Source: Nanobdellota archaeon
GTDB lineage: Archaea > Nanobdellota > Nanobdellia > Parvarchaeales > Parvarchaeaceae
NCBI GenBank assembly: GCA_021797085.1
Contig: JAKAAG010000001.1
Span: forward strand, 6,814-70,813
Direction of reading: 5' to 3'
DNA length: 64,000 nucleotides
Positions 18,606 through 29,003 of the stretch are shown piece after piece; position 1 is the first letter of the stretch, and each line of letters opens with the position of its first letter. The position numbers and the translations under genes are program-made. Under the pieces are notes generated by a model. That model searched no databases. It saw only the letters and a list, made by a program, of their open reading frames with translations, and was not told where the DNA came from.

Positions 18606-19106
18606 ATGAAAATTGACGTTATAAGAAAAGATTCAAAAGAGATTGTAGAAAAACTGAAAGGCCTTGGCTTTGAAGGGATATTACTTCTAAAAGACCAGAG
18701 TATAAAAGACATTACAAAAGAGGAAACAACTGAATTTAAAGCTTATTCTGGAAAAGACTATGATTTTGTCATCAGAAAAGGAAAGGCAAAGTTCATATAT
18801 GATTTAGAGGTTAACGGCTTTCTTCTGAACAAAGGACTGTGCAGCAAGTTAAAGGAAAATGGCATGACAGTTATATTCAGCTTTTCGGCGCTTGAAAAAA
18901 GTGAAAACATGTTTAAAGTTTACAAGAACTTGTTGATAAACGGAAAACTTTGCAACGATTATGGCATAAACTGCTTGTATTCCTCCGGATCCGAAAGTAC
19001 AAATGACATAAAGTCTTTTTTCCAGCTTTGTGCATTTGCGGAGGAATTTGGTTATAACTACAAGAACATGATTAAAAGCATGAAAACTGTAGCGGAATTA
19101 ACTTAA
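18606..19106 (+). CDS. RNase P protein component Rpp30 (short, divergent)
   Basis: C-terminal pattern LKENGMTVIFSF...LCNDYGINCLYSSGS...DIKS...FG resembles Rpp30/PHP. Confidence 0.6.
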   Translation: MKIDVIRKDSKEIVEKLKGLGFEGILLLKDQSIKDITKEETTEFKAYSGKDYDFVIRKGKAKFIYDLEVNGFLLNKGLCSKLKENGMTVIFSFSALEKSENMFKVYKNLLINGKLCNDYGINCLYSSGSESTNDIKSFFQLCAFAEEFGYNYKNMIKSMKTVAELT

Positions 19107-19112
19107 TCAAAT

Positions 19113-20204
19113 ATGCTGAAAAACAGGGGAAACACTGTTAGAATATCAATTTATGCTATAGTTATACTTTTGTCGGCATACTTGATATTTTCCGGAAAAG
19201 TTGAATTAGATCCAGTCTATACACGAGCCTTCGTAATAATAACCTCTCTTATAATAGCAAACACTGGAATACTTGCATCCAGGGAAATAGATGTCATTGC
19301 TGCAAAAATGACGAAAAAATTCAAAAGCATTAAAAGAATATCCATGTTGTTAGTTGCAATAACCTTTCTTGTATCAATTGCAATGACAAATGATGCCTCT
19401 CTTTTGATACTTGTGCCCATAACCGTAGAAATAGGGATAATATCCAGAAAGAGCCTCCTAAACACCATAATAATGCAAATTATTGCTGCAAATGTAGGTT
19501 CAATGCTTACCCCTTTCGGCAACCCACAAAACATAATAATATTCTTACGTTACCACCTGACTGCTACCAATTTTATTGCAGGGGCATTTCCAGCATTTGC
19601 AATATCAACCATTCTTCTTTTTACATTCACTTTCTTCCTAGTAAAGGATGGCAAATTAAAAACAAATTACAAGGCAAAGAAACCGCATATGCCGCTTTTT
19701 TACTCATCACTTTTTATCTTTGTAATAGATGTTATCGGCATGCTTTTAAGTTATAGTGAATATTTTTTTCTAGCTATGATTGCCTTTTCAATACTTATAC
19801 TTGCATTTGTAAGAATCCCCGGTTCAAAAAGGCTTGGAACTCTCAGCAGGATAGATATACTTCTTATACTTATTTTCTTTATAGTTTTCATGATATTCGG
19901 CTCCCTAAGCTCCGTAATTCCGCTGCCTAAAAACAGCTCCTTTTTGTATCAGTTTATATACGCTATTTTAATCTCCCAAGTCATAAGCAACGTACCCGCT
20001 TCTGTTTTACTGAAAACATTTAATTTTATACCATTGTTATGGGGAGTTAATATAGGTGGAAACGGTAGTGTTATTGCTTCGCTTGCAAATGTTATAGGGC
20101 TTAGACAAACAAAAGACAAACGAAAATATACTTTATTTCTAAAAACTTCCTTTCTTTTCTTGATTATTAATGCTGCTATAGCTGCGATTATCATTTCTTT
20201 GTGA
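19113..20204 (+). CDS. SLC13/ArsB-NhaD (YbiR-like) anion permease
   Basis: TND...VP, AANVGSMLTPFGNPQN, SQVISNVPA, GVNIGGNG..IASLAN motifs. Confidence 0.88.
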   Translation: MLKNRGNTVRISIYAIVILLSAYLIFSGKVELDPVYTRAFVIITSLIIANTGILASREIDVIAAKMTKKFKSIKRISMLLVAITFLVSIAMTNDASLLILVPITVEIGIISRKSLLNTIIMQIIAANVGSMLTPFGNPQNIIIFLRYHLTATNFIAGAFPAFAISTILLFTFTFFLVKDGKLKTNYKAKKPHMPLFYSSLFIFVIDVIGMLLSYSEYFFLAMIAFSILILAFVRIPGSKRLGTLSRIDILLILIFFIVFMIFGSLSSVIPLPKNSSFLYQFIYAILISQVISNVPASVLLKTFNFIPLLWGVNIGGNGSVIASLANVIGLRQTKDKRKYTLFLKTSFLFLIINAAIAAIIISL

Positions 20205-20238
20205 TTTATTTTTGCTTAAATAGGACATTAAAAATAAA

Positions 20239-20311
20239 TGGGCCCGAAGGGATTCGAACCCTTGGTCTTCTGCACGTCAAGCAGACGTCATAACCGCTGG
20301 ACCACGGGCCC
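20239..20311 (-). tRNA. tRNA-Val(GAC)
   Basis: GGGCCCG...CGGGCCCA; anticodon arm TCTGC-TTGACGT-GCAGA. Confidence 0.96.
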
Positions 20312-20398
20312 ATAATTACTAACAACTGCAGATAAAATATAAAAGCTTATTTAAAATGAAATAAAAAAGCTTTTATTGATAAATTATAATATTTCCAT

Positions 20399-21691
20399 AT
20401 GAATTACGATTTGAATTATGTAAAAGACCATAGGGATGAACTTGTGTCATCTATAAAGAAGAGATTTTTAACGCCACCTATAGAAAATCCTGTTGACAGG
20501 TTGATTGAATTAAACGAACTTATAAAAAAGACAAGAAGCAGCGTAGATGAGCTAAGACATAAAAGAAATACTATAAGTAGAGAATTCGCTGAAAACAAAG
20601 GAAACGCAGGGGAAAAGGAAAATGAAAGGAAAAACGTGAGAGAGATAATGCAGCAGATAAAATCTATGGAGGATGACATAGCAAAATACGAAGAAGAAGC
20701 AAAAAACCTGTTTTTATGGCTGCCTAATGTAGTTAGCCCTGACGCTCCCGAAGGAAAGGATGACAATGACAACGTTGAAATAAGGAAATTCGGAGAAATT
20801 AAAAAGAGGGACTTTGAAACTAAAAATCACATTGACCTAGGACAGGAAAGAAAACTTTTAGACGTTGAGAAGGCGGCAAAGATCGCAGGAAGTAGGTTTG
20901 TATTCATAAGAGGAAAACTAGTACAATTGGAGCTTGCACTGGAAATGTATTCTATCCAAAAAATAGCCTCAAAGGGTTATACACCAATTATTCCACCGTT
21001 TATGATAAGAAGAGATATATACGGCGGGATAGCGCATATGGCAACATTTGAAGATGCTCTTTACAAAGTTACAGGTGTAGAAGAAGAAGGTGAAGAGGAG
21101 CGTTTTCTTATCTCTACAACAGAACATCCGATGATCGCGCAGTATTCAAATGAAGTAATACCAGAAGAAGAGCTTCCTATAAAGATGGTAGGAGTAAGCC
21201 CTGCCTTCAGAAAAGAAGCAGGAGCACATGGGAAAGACACAAAAGGGATATTTAGGCTGCACCAATTTGACCAGACTGAACAGATAGTGCTGTGCAAGCC
21301 TGAAGACTCAAAACGCTTCCACGAAGAAATGCTGAACAATATAGAAGAGATATGGAAAGAGCTAAACATACCTTATAGGGTAGTAAGTTGCTCTACCGGA
21401 GATATGGGTGTAAGAGATGTAAAGCAATATGACATAGAAGCTTATCTTTACTCGCAGGAGAAATATAGAGAGGTAGGCTCATTTGACAATACCACTGATT
21501 GGATATCTAGAAGATTAAATATAAAATATGTGGATAGAAAAGGAAACAAGGATTATGTTTACACTTTGGATGGGACAGGACTGCCAATGCAAAGAACGAT
21601 GATAGCAATAATTGACACTTACCAGCAAAAAGATGGAACCATAATTATTCCAGAGGTACTCAGGAAATACACTGGTTTCAGCGAAATTTAG
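20399..21691 (+). CDS. serS: Seryl-tRNA synthetase
   Basis: N-terminal coiled arm, STTEHP, FRKEAG...GIFRLHQF. Confidence 0.96.
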   Translation: MNYDLNYVKDHRDELVSSIKKRFLTPPIENPVDRLIELNELIKKTRSSVDELRHKRNTISREFAENKGNAGEKENERKNVREIMQQIKSMEDDIAKYEEEAKNLFLWLPNVVSPDAPEGKDDNDNVEIRKFGEIKKRDFETKNHIDLGQERKLLDVEKAAKIAGSRFVFIRGKLVQLELALEMYSIQKIASKGYTPIIPPFMIRRDIYGGIAHMATFEDALYKVTGVEEEGEEERFLISTTEHPMIAQYSNEVIPEEELPIKMVGVSPAFRKEAGAHGKDTKGIFRLHQFDQTEQIVLCKPEDSKRFHEEMLNNIEEIWKELNIPYRVVSCSTGDMGVRDVKQYDIEAYLYSQEKYREVGSFDNTTDWISRRLNIKYVDRKGNKDYVYTLDGTGLPMQRTMIAIIDTYQQKDGTIIIPEVLRKYTGFSEI

Positions 21692-21763
21692 TAATACCAT
21701 AGTAATACTCACCTTTAATTTATAAAAGGAAAAATCCATTTATTATCAAGGGGGGGTAATATT

Positions 21764-23944
21764 ATGGGAAATAAATCACTTGAGGAAATAATAAAACCAA
21801 ATGATGCTTCTGATTCGAAATTAAGGCTTCTTGTAATGTCAGAATTAGAGCTTGCAACTAAATTAAGTAGCAAAGATGTATTAAACAATCTCGGCCAGAT
21901 GATAAAGAGCTATGAAGGAAAAATCGATGGAATAGTGATAAATGGAGGGTTGGCATACATTCCTGATAAATACAGTAGATTAAGGGGAGAAAGGCTGGAT
22001 TTAGTAGAGGACAGACTAAAGGAAAAATACGGAGAAGAAGTGTACAATGAAGTAAAACGCGGCAAAAATGATTCAGATTCGGTTGACGACTTGACAGAGG
22101 CTGCAAGGCTTGCAAAGATACAGATGAAAAGCATAGCTTACGAGGCAAGGAAAAAGAATATACCTATATACTACATCTACGGCGTTACCGATTACAAGAA
22201 TGTAAAGATGATCATAGAAGCACTTGAAAGGCTGAGCAGAAGAAACAATAAGGAAGAAGAAAAGCTAAAGGTAAATAAGAAAAACAAAAAGCAGAATAAA
22301 CTTGAGAACAAAATGCCTGATGAGATAGAAAGAATAATGTCAATAATACCCGAAAGCTACAAATTCAAGGCTTCCCAGTGGAAGACCTCTGATAAAAAAG
22401 GAATAAAAGACAAAGCAAATGACATTTACTTGCACTTGATTAATATGGTACTAAATGACGGTAAAAACGAGGATAATATAAAGGTTTACAAAAGATTTGA
22501 AAACTTCTTGGGGGAGAAGGAAGATAACAATCCTGATGCAGAGATATTGATAAACGGTTTAAAGGTAAAGGTTTTCCACGCAATAAATGCGCTTACTGCA
22601 GGATTAAACGAGGGAAAACCAAGCGATAGAAATATAAACATGATAGTAGACTACGCTAACCTTGATGCGCAGTATGGAAGACTTGCAGATATTTACATAA
22701 CAGGTAGAGGATCCGCTACTGAATTCACTGCTTTGGATTACCAAAGCAGAAAAGACCCTGTATTGATATTAAACCAAGGGCCGCTAATGGATATAGACCG
22801 GCAGTTCAAACTAAGAGCCAGCCTTAACAAGACTGACGTGGCAAAAAGACTGTCGCAGTTTGAAGACAGCGGAATATCTTTATTATCGGTTTACAACGAC
22901 AAAAGCGTTGAAATAGAGCATATTGATTTGGGAGGGATTAAAAAGGGTATAAACCCGTACAAAATAAACAAAGAGAAGACAAAGGGATCATTGTATGAAA
23001 TGGTACAGATATCGGATTGGCATGTTGGAAATGCTGCATCAGATTATGAAGCAATGGAGAAAGTCCCAGAAATAATAAACAAAAGCCAAGTGCCTAAAGA
23101 CAAAAGAATTTTATTTATAGGCGGGGACATGGTAGACGGCGGAAATGACAAGGCACAGAGGACAAAAATGTCTTTGCCAAGAGCTCCTAGCCCGGAGGAA
23201 TTCTTAGGAAAGCTTGAGGACATACTAAATGACACTGACAAGGATAGAGCAAAAGACAATTTCGTGTCGGAATTGCATAAGGTTGTTTACGGCAATTCAG
23301 ACATTGACCTTGGTCAGCAGGAAAAAAGACTTGATAAGTACCTTAGACCTTTGGGGCCATTGTTTGAAAAAGCCTATGTGGTAGGAGGAAACCACTTTGA
23401 AAGAGCTACTGGAAACGGAAGTGAAGGCAGAATGATAGGGCCAAAACTTGAAAACAGCGGAACTAAAGAAGTAGTTTACGTAGATGATTATCTTTTGAGA
23501 GGAGAAACGCCGTATCTTGACAGTTATGGACTACTGCAGTTGCACAGTGCAGGTTATAGGGGTGGAGTAGACGCAAGAACCTCCCTTATGAATACAGTAA
23601 AGAATACTGGAAAAGACCTAGTTGACATAGCAATGGCAGGTGACTGTCATGAACCGGGCATAAAATTTGCATTGAAAAAGAAAGATGAAGAATGGAAAAC
23701 TATGGCAGCAATTACTGTGCCTGCTCTAGAGAATGAAACATTTTTTGAGAGTTACATAATACACAAACCTAACTATACGAAGGGGATAAGCGAACTTTAC
23801 ATACCAACAGATACAACTGTAGGAACTTCATACTTAAAATATAAGTTAATACCATTGCAGGGCATAAGAACCGCTATTCAGGCAGAGGGTGGGTCCAGAT
23901 ATACTCGTTTGCTTGACAACCTTCTTAAAAAGTTCGGAAACTGA
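21764..23944 (+). CDS. Large protein with two calcineurin-like metallophosphoesterase domains (N-terminal degenerate, C-terminal intact)
   Basis: C-half: ISDWHVG, GGDMVDG, GGNH, LH, GDCH. N-half: VMSELEL, INGG, YIYGVTD, VFH, ITGRG. Confidence 0.7.
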   Translation: MGNKSLEEIIKPNDASDSKLRLLVMSELELATKLSSKDVLNNLGQMIKSYEGKIDGIVINGGLAYIPDKYSRLRGERLDLVEDRLKEKYGEEVYNEVKRGKNDSDSVDDLTEAARLAKIQMKSIAYEARKKNIPIYYIYGVTDYKNVKMIIEALERLSRRNNKEEEKLKVNKKNKKQNKLENKMPDEIERIMSIIPESYKFKASQWKTSDKKGIKDKANDIYLHLINMVLNDGKNEDNIKVYKRFENFLGEKEDNNPDAEILINGLKVKVFHAINALTAGLNEGKPSDRNINMIVDYANLDAQYGRLADIYITGRGSATEFTALDYQSRKDPVLILNQGPLMDIDRQFKLRASLNKTDVAKRLSQFEDSGISLLSVYNDKSVEIEHIDLGGIKKGINPYKINKEKTKGSLYEMVQISDWHVGNAASDYEAMEKVPEIINKSQVPKDKRILFIGGDMVDGGNDKAQRTKMSLPRAPSPEEFLGKLEDILNDTDKDRAKDNFVSELHKVVYGNSDIDLGQQEKRLDKYLRPLGPLFEKAYVVGGNHFERATGNGSEGRMIGPKLENSGTKEVVYVDDYLLRGETPYLDSYGLLQLHSAGYRGGVDARTSLMNTVKNTGKDLVDIAMAGDCHEPGIKFALKKKDEEWKTMAAITVPALENETFFESYIIHKPNYTKGISELYIPTDTTVGTSYLKYKLIPLQGIRTAIQAEGGSRYTRLLDNLLKKFGN

Positions 23945-23983
23945 ATGCAACAAATATTAGTAGTATAACCTACAAATATTCTT

Positions 23984-25042
23984 ATGGATGAAGCTAAGAA
24001 AGAAGAAAGCATAAAGAGTGTAAGGGATTTTGTGTCGAAAAACAATGATTTTACTGTTTTTTATCACCTTGATACCGATGGAATAGTAAGTGCAGCGCTT
24101 CTTACCGCCGCACTTAAAAAAATCAACAAAGGAGTTTACTATTACAGGCCTACAAACTATGAAGATTACAAGGATATGGACATGCAGGAATACAGCAAGA
24201 ATATAATAGTATGTGACATGCAGATAAGAGAAGACCAGCTGCCTTTGTTCAAGGACAAGAACCTTTGTATAATAGATCACCACCAGATAATAAATGCTGA
24301 TTTACTTGCTTACGCAAACCCTAAGATATGGGGCGATAATACATACACTCCTTGTTCATTATTGGTTTACCAGATATTCAAGCAGGAAATAAAAGAACTT
24401 GACTGGGCATCTGCGATAGGCCTTGTTGGAGATTCGGGGGGAAAGGAAAATTCCGATTTTGTTAAAAAAACTGCGGAGAAATATGGAATAAAGATAGGAA
24501 AAGATGAATTCATGTATGATAACGACTTCGGGAAGGCTGCTGGAATGATAGGTTCAATGACTACCTTATATAATAGAGAAGGAGCAGATGAAGCCTTAGG
24601 GATATTAATTAACAGCAATTCCATTTCTGACATTATAAATAACCAAAAACTTGTCTTTGCGGACAAAAAAGTAAGAGAAGAACTTGAAAAACTAAAAAAG
24701 GATTTCAAGGAAAACGCGCAGAAATACGGAAGGATATACTTTTATGAATTGGACCAGAAAAAGAAAAGGTATTCCTCTACACTGGTTACAGAGCTCAGCT
24801 TTGACAAGGAATACTACGGCAATGTCCTTGTGTTCATGACAAAGATAAATGCAAGGACTATAAGACTGAATTTAAGAGCAAACGGGGTAGAGATAAAGCT
24901 GCCAGTAATGCTTAACAATATATTCAAAAAAATGAGGGGAGAGGGGGGAGGACATGATAAAGCATCCGGTGGCTCAATAGATTACAAAGACAAGGAAAAA
25001 TTCAAGAAGCTGTTTTTGGAAGAAGCTAGTAATCTTAAATAA
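23984..25042 (+). CDS. DHH/DHHA1 phosphoesterase (RecJ/NrnA-like)
   Basis: HLDTDG, VCD, IIDHH, GLVGD, GGGHDKASG. Confidence 0.9.
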   Translation: MDEAKKEESIKSVRDFVSKNNDFTVFYHLDTDGIVSAALLTAALKKINKGVYYYRPTNYEDYKDMDMQEYSKNIIVCDMQIREDQLPLFKDKNLCIIDHHQIINADLLAYANPKIWGDNTYTPCSLLVYQIFKQEIKELDWASAIGLVGDSGGKENSDFVKKTAEKYGIKIGKDEFMYDNDFGKAAGMIGSMTTLYNREGADEALGILINSNSISDIINNQKLVFADKKVREELEKLKKDFKENAQKYGRIYFYELDQKKKRYSSTLVTELSFDKEYYGNVLVFMTKINARTIRLNLRANGVEIKLPVMLNNIFKKMRGEGGGHDKASGGSIDYKDKEKFKKLFLEEASNLK

Positions 25043-25312
25043 CTAGAAATCAGGCGCTCTGCTTACCTCTGAGATACTAAGACTTGCATCTGTAAACGAA
25101 GCAAAGGACTCTTCAATCTTTGAAGTTCCCTCCTCTTCGTCTGCTACAAGAGTTATCATTATAACTGTTAAGCCGAATGCAAGAGGCTGCACTTCCATTT
25201 TGTATATTGAACCGTATTTTGAAAGAAACGACTTTATTTTTTCTGAGGTATCATTTAAATCAGAGGAAGTGTCCTTCGGAAGCGCCTTTATTTTTATAAC
25301 TACTTTTCCCAT
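25043..25312 (-). CDS. ef1b: Translation elongation factor 1-beta
   Basis: MGKVVIKIKALP, QPLAFGL; start reassigned to ATG at 25312. Confidence 0.92.
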   Translation of the reverse strand: MGKVVIKIKALPKDTSSDLNDTSEKIKSFLSKYGSIYKMEVQPLAFGLTVIMITLVADEEEGTSKIEESFASFTDASLSISEVSRAPDF

Positions 25313-25313
25313 A

Positions 25314-25499
25314 TTAAGGCCCCACAAAACCGCATACTTTGCAGGTGTAATTGACTCCTCTTCCCCTGCATTTTCCACACCTTGAAATTTTAGTACCGCA
25401 GTTTGGACAGTTGAATACCACTGAATCCTCTATTATGGATATGTCTCTTTCACATGATATACAGAAATTCTTTTCTGTTTCAACCAACTCTTCTGCCAT
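25314..25499 (-). CDS. DUF1610 zinc-finger protein
   Basis: CISC, FNCPNCG, RCGKCR, YTCKVCGFVGP; conserved upstream of EF-1beta. Confidence 0.92.
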   Translation of the reverse strand: MAEELVETEKNFCISCERDISIIEDSVVFNCPNCGTKISRCGKCRGRGVNYTCKVCGFVGP

Positions 25500-25551
25500 T
25501 TGTTAGTTTATTATCAGATTCATATTTATATGTTTCTGTTATAAATAATAT

Positions 25552-25911
25552 ATGGAAAAAGAGATAAAACAGGTTATAATACTCAGGAAAGATGTGAAAA
25601 TGGGAACTGGAAAGATGGTAGCGCAGGGATCACATGCAAGCCTTATGAGTTTTCTTCATACTGAAAAGAGCTATCCTGAAATTGCCAAAAAATGGTTAGC
25701 AGAAGGAGAAACAAAAATAGTATTGAAAGTTAATAAAGAGGATGAATTCGAGGAACTGAAAAACAGACTTAAAAGAAGCGGTATACCCTTCCAAGTCGTA
25801 AAAGACGCAGGCCAGACGCAGGTTCCTCCTGGAACTGAAACTGCAATAGGCGTTGGGCCTTACTACACAGATGAGATAAATAAAATAACTGCAAAGCTAA
25901 AACTTTTATGA
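25552..25911 (+). CDS. pth2: Peptidyl-tRNA hydrolase Pth2
   Basis: KQVIILRKD..MG.GK..AQGSHA, DAGQTQVPPGT. Confidence 0.95.
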   Translation: MEKEIKQVIILRKDVKMGTGKMVAQGSHASLMSFLHTEKSYPEIAKKWLAEGETKIVLKVNKEDEFEELKNRLKRSGIPFQVVKDAGQTQVPPGTETAIGVGPYYTDEINKITAKLKLL

Positions 25912-26228
25912 CAAACATATTGTATGTAATGATAAATTCGATGATACAGACAGATCCTTACATAGCATACTTATTCTTTGCAATGATAATAGCAGGCGTA
26001 GGCATAACGTACTTCTACAGAAAAGAAGTAGGATTCATAATAACCATAATAATTTCTATTATACTTGGTTATATGGATATACTTTATCCATTTATATATC
26101 TAATAACTGCGGTCTGTGCAGTGCTTCTTGTGCTCTCGCTATTTGGAGGGGGATCGATAACAAGGCCCATAAAAAACCTGGAAAGCTGGATATACATAAA
26201 AATCATGTTAAAAAAGCAGAAGAAGTAA
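25908..26228 (+). CDS. Hypothetical membrane protein
   Basis: 106 aa, about 3 TM segments, coupled to pth2. Confidence 0.65.
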   Translation: MTNILYVMINSMIQTDPYIAYLFFAMIIAGVGITYFYRKEVGFIITIIISIILGYMDILYPFIYLITAVCAVLLVLSLFGGGSITRPIKNLESWIYIKIMLKKQKK

Positions 26229-26299
26229 TGCATCGGCCGGGATTCGAACCCGGGTCTCCACCGTGGCAGGGTAGTGTCTTACCACTGGACTACCGATGC
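26229..26299 (-). tRNA. tRNA-Gly(GCC)
   Basis: GCATCGG...CCGATGCA; anticodon arm CTACC-CTGCCAC-GGTGG. Confidence 0.96.
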
Positions 26300-26337
26300 T
26301 TGATACCATTTATTAATATGCCTCTTTTATATATTTT

Positions 26338-26775
26338 ATGTATTTCGGAACGGAATTTAAAAAAGAGAATAATCAATGGAAGAAGTTTGAGAATGACACT
26401 GCAGACATATTTGAAAAATTTGATTACACTGTAGACAGAGATATAAGATTCAAGACATATCGATGGTTTCAGATTGATTTTATAGCGCAGGATAACAGCA
26501 GAAGATTTTTTGTAGACTGCAAGAATCATTCTTACATTCCACCTGAAAAGGAAAAGGAATTTGTCAAAAGTCAACTTACGAGGGCTTACAATTTCATAGA
26601 GAAAAAAGGTGAAAAGAAGAAAAAGGACATAATACTGCTAGTTACCAAGAACAAAACCAATTCATTGCTTATGCATAAAGAGGGGGGTGAAAAAATACTT
26701 GCTGTGGATTTTTATTCATTGCCGGCCCTTCTCAAAAACATAGATATTTATGAAGATGAACTTTACGTTTTCTAA
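26338..26775 (+). CDS. PD-(D/E)xK restriction-endonuclease-like protein (Mrr-cat-like)
   Basis: WKKFE...IFEKFDY, QIDFIA, VDCK motifs. Confidence 0.75.
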   Translation: MYFGTEFKKENNQWKKFENDTADIFEKFDYTVDRDIRFKTYRWFQIDFIAQDNSRRFFVDCKNHSYIPPEKEKEFVKSQLTRAYNFIEKKGEKKKKDIILLVTKNKTNSLLMHKEGGEKILAVDFYSLPALLKNIDIYEDELYVF

Positions 26776-27516
26776 TTACTCAAGTCTGTTTGCAAGAATA
26801 AACGACATCATTGCATCGGAATTTATCTCATAATCCATTTTAAGGGGGTAATTGTTTGAAAACGACAGCTTTATAGGCTTTTCAGGGTCTACTGCATACA
26901 TGAACTTTGAAAGGTAGTCTATTGAATATTTCGACCTTGTTGTAGATTCTGACTTCAAATCAAATATCTCCTTGTTATCGTTTATAGATAATTCCTGTGA
27001 AAACTCCTTTTCCTCGCTTTTTGAGCTTATTATGAATCTCGGCCTGTCAACTGTAAAGTAGATTGAATCGTCAACTAAAGAAGCTGCTTTTACCGAATCT
27101 TTTATAAGCGAGCTCAAAACAGTTACCTCTGAAGTAAACTTGAGTTGTGGAATCTTCTGTGCAGTGTAATTCTCATCTATTAAAGGGATACCAAAATGCT
27201 GCTTGTTCCGGCCGTTTATGTCTATTATCAACCGATTCTTTGAGTCTGACATCTTTATCTTATCTTCTTTCTTTGCCAGCCTAAGTATACCATTTAGATC
27301 ATCTAATGAAACGGATATTTTTACAGGCTTTTCTATGTTGAAATTTGAAAAAATGGAGCTTTTAGCCTCAAAAAGGACCATTGCTATATTAGCAGGATCC
27401 ATTGCCTTTATCGCAAATCCCTCCTCATTAAAGTCTATGGAAACATCAGACATTAAACTGCCTATTGTATCCATCATCTTCTTAAAAACTTCTGCATCCT
27501 TAAATTCAGCTTCCAT
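26776..27516 (-). CDS. pcn: DNA polymerase sliding clamp PCNA
   Basis: KAMDPANIAMV, SKYSIDYL, YPLKM, FILANR. Confidence 0.95.
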   Translation of the reverse strand: MEAEFKDAEVFKKMMDTIGSLMSDVSIDFNEEGFAIKAMDPANIAMVLFEAKSSIFSNFNIEKPVKISVSLDDLNGILRLAKKEDKIKMSDSKNRLIIDINGRNKQHFGIPLIDENYTAQKIPQLKFTSEVTVLSSLIKDSVKAASLVDDSIYFTVDRPRFIISSKSEEKEFSQELSINDNKEIFDLKSESTTRSKYSIDYLSKFMYAVDPEKPIKLSFSNNYPLKMDYEINSDAMMSFILANRLE

Positions 27517-27841
27517 TGCTACTTAATAGATCATTTCTTATTATTAAATACTTTTTATAATTGTTATAATCATTTATATTTATCTTTTCCGCTTTATCTG
27601 CCCTGACCTCAAAGGATGAATCTGCAGCAATGCTTCGCCCCGTAACAAGAACAAGGTCTGCGGGTTCTAACTTTACATTTTCCTGATAATTTGGGAGGCA
27701 GGTTATCTTTTGGCCATCGTCTTCTACTTCAAACATGCCTGTTTTATCATCAAAGGATAGGACTTTTCCGACAAACCTGACTCTTGCACTGTCCTCTTTT
27801 ATTCCCTTGATTTCAGTGTCCTTTATTACCTGGCTTTCCAT
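27506..27841 (-). CDS. Single OB-fold protein (RPA small-subunit-like)
   Basis: RVRFVGKV...FEVEDD...LVLVTGR OB pattern; directly upstream of PCNA. Confidence 0.6.
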   Translation of the reverse strand: MESQVIKDTEIKGIKEDSARVRFVGKVLSFDDKTGMFEVEDDGQKITCLPNYQENVKLEPADLVLVTGRSIAADSSFEVRADKAEKININDYNNYKKYLIIRNDLLSSNGS

Positions 27842-28308
27842 TAACTGGTTGAGTTTACCACTGTTATATTTATAGGGATTATTTTATAATTTACGCAGTT
27901 AAGATAGCTTACTGACAGATTTGCAATAACGGAGTAATTTCCAGTTTTTGACGGCGAGTAAACTCCAAAACTTGTGTACCCTTTTGTACTGGCATTGAGC
28001 TCTGTAGAATTTGCAACTCGAACGAAAAATGGTACGCTTCCTAAAGGCTTTACAGTCAAAGCCAGGTTTTCAGTTACATTGCCAGTGTTATTTACGCCTA
28101 TAGTGAAAAATGTATTGGTGTTTTCGGGTGCTTTTACATTCGTACTTGTAGCATAATTAAATCCGAGATTGACGGAATTGCAGTTTATAGTCTGAACTAC
28201 TGGCGCTTTATAGACTGGGGAGGTCTTTCCGGCCGCAATAAATCCAATTAAAAACACTATTAACAAAGCAAGCAATAAATAATTCCTGATGCCTTTCATA
28301 TTTATCAT
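27841..28308 (-). CDS. Membrane-anchored secreted protein, Ig-like beta-rich
   Basis: N-terminal TM segment, VNNTGN and PSKTGNYSV motifs, many sequons. Confidence 0.65.
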   Translation of the reverse strand: MINMKGIRNYLLLALLIVFLIGFIAAGKTSPVYKAPVVQTINCNSVNLGFNYATSTNVKAPENTNTFFTIGVNNTGNVTENLALTVKPLGSVPFFVRVANSTELNASTKGYTSFGVYSPSKTGNYSVIANLSVSYLNCVNYKIIPINITVVNSTS

Positions 28309-28343
28309 TTAATCTAGTATTGATTATTAATAAGTGTTTCGAT

Positions 28344-29003
28344 ATGGTAGATATAAAGGAATTCAAGGATGTTTATGTTCCTGCTGAAGACAGCTTTCTC
28401 CTATTGAGAGCAGTAAAATATGCATATGGGGAAGTACTTGACATGTTTGCAGGCAGCGGCATAATAGGATTAAATGCCGCGAAAAAATCAGAAAGAGTTA
28501 CATTTGTAGATATAAATCCAAATGCGATAAAGGCAATAAAATACAACGCAAAAATGAATGGGATTAAAAACTTTGAATGCATACTTTCGGATTTATTCTC
28601 TTCTCTTGATAATAGAAAATTTGACGTTATATATGCAAATCCGCCTTATTTACCAGAAAAGAAAGAAAGCAAGTGGGTAAGGCATGCCTTAAGTGGCGGA
28701 AAGGAAGGCAGCGAACTCACTATAAATTTGATACATTCTCTAAAAGCGCATCTTAAACAAGGGGGAAATGCGTTTATTATTCTATCAAGTGTTTACAATA
28801 CGGATAAAGTATATAAGGAGATAAAGCGTTTAAGACTTAGCTTTGAGAAGTTATCTTCAATTAATTTTTTCTTCGAGGAGCTTATCCTTATAAAAATATA
28901 TGACGAGAGCAGGAATAGCGGTAAATCAGGGCAGAATTATAGTAGCAGTAATCATAAACAACTCAGTTCAGGTACACAGAGTAAAAAGCCTAAGCGAAGT
29001 TAA
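28344..29003 (+). CDS. HemK/PrmC-family methyltransferase (aRF1 Gln methylase-like)
   Basis: VYVPAEDSFLL, LDMFAGSG, NPPY, GGKEG. Confidence 0.9.
   Translation: MVDIKEFKDVYVPAEDSFLLLRAVKYAYGEVLDMFAGSGIIGLNAAKKSERVTFVDINPNAIKAIKYNAKMNGIKNFECILSDLFSSLDNRKFDVIYANPPYLPEKKESKWVRHALSGGKEGSELTINLIHSLKAHLKQGGNAFIILSSVYNTDKVYKEIKRLRLSFEKLSSINFFFEELILIKIYDESRNSGKSGQNYSSSNHKQLSSGTQSKKPKRS

Noticed and set aside
21764-23944. DNA polymerase D small subunit (DP1) or Mre11
   Set aside because: Only the generic phosphoesterase motifs match; I see no DP1 OB/PGNHD context and no adjacent Rad50.
26228-26434. 68-aa ORF MHRPGFEPGSPP...
   Set aside because: It is the antisense translation of tRNA-Gly.
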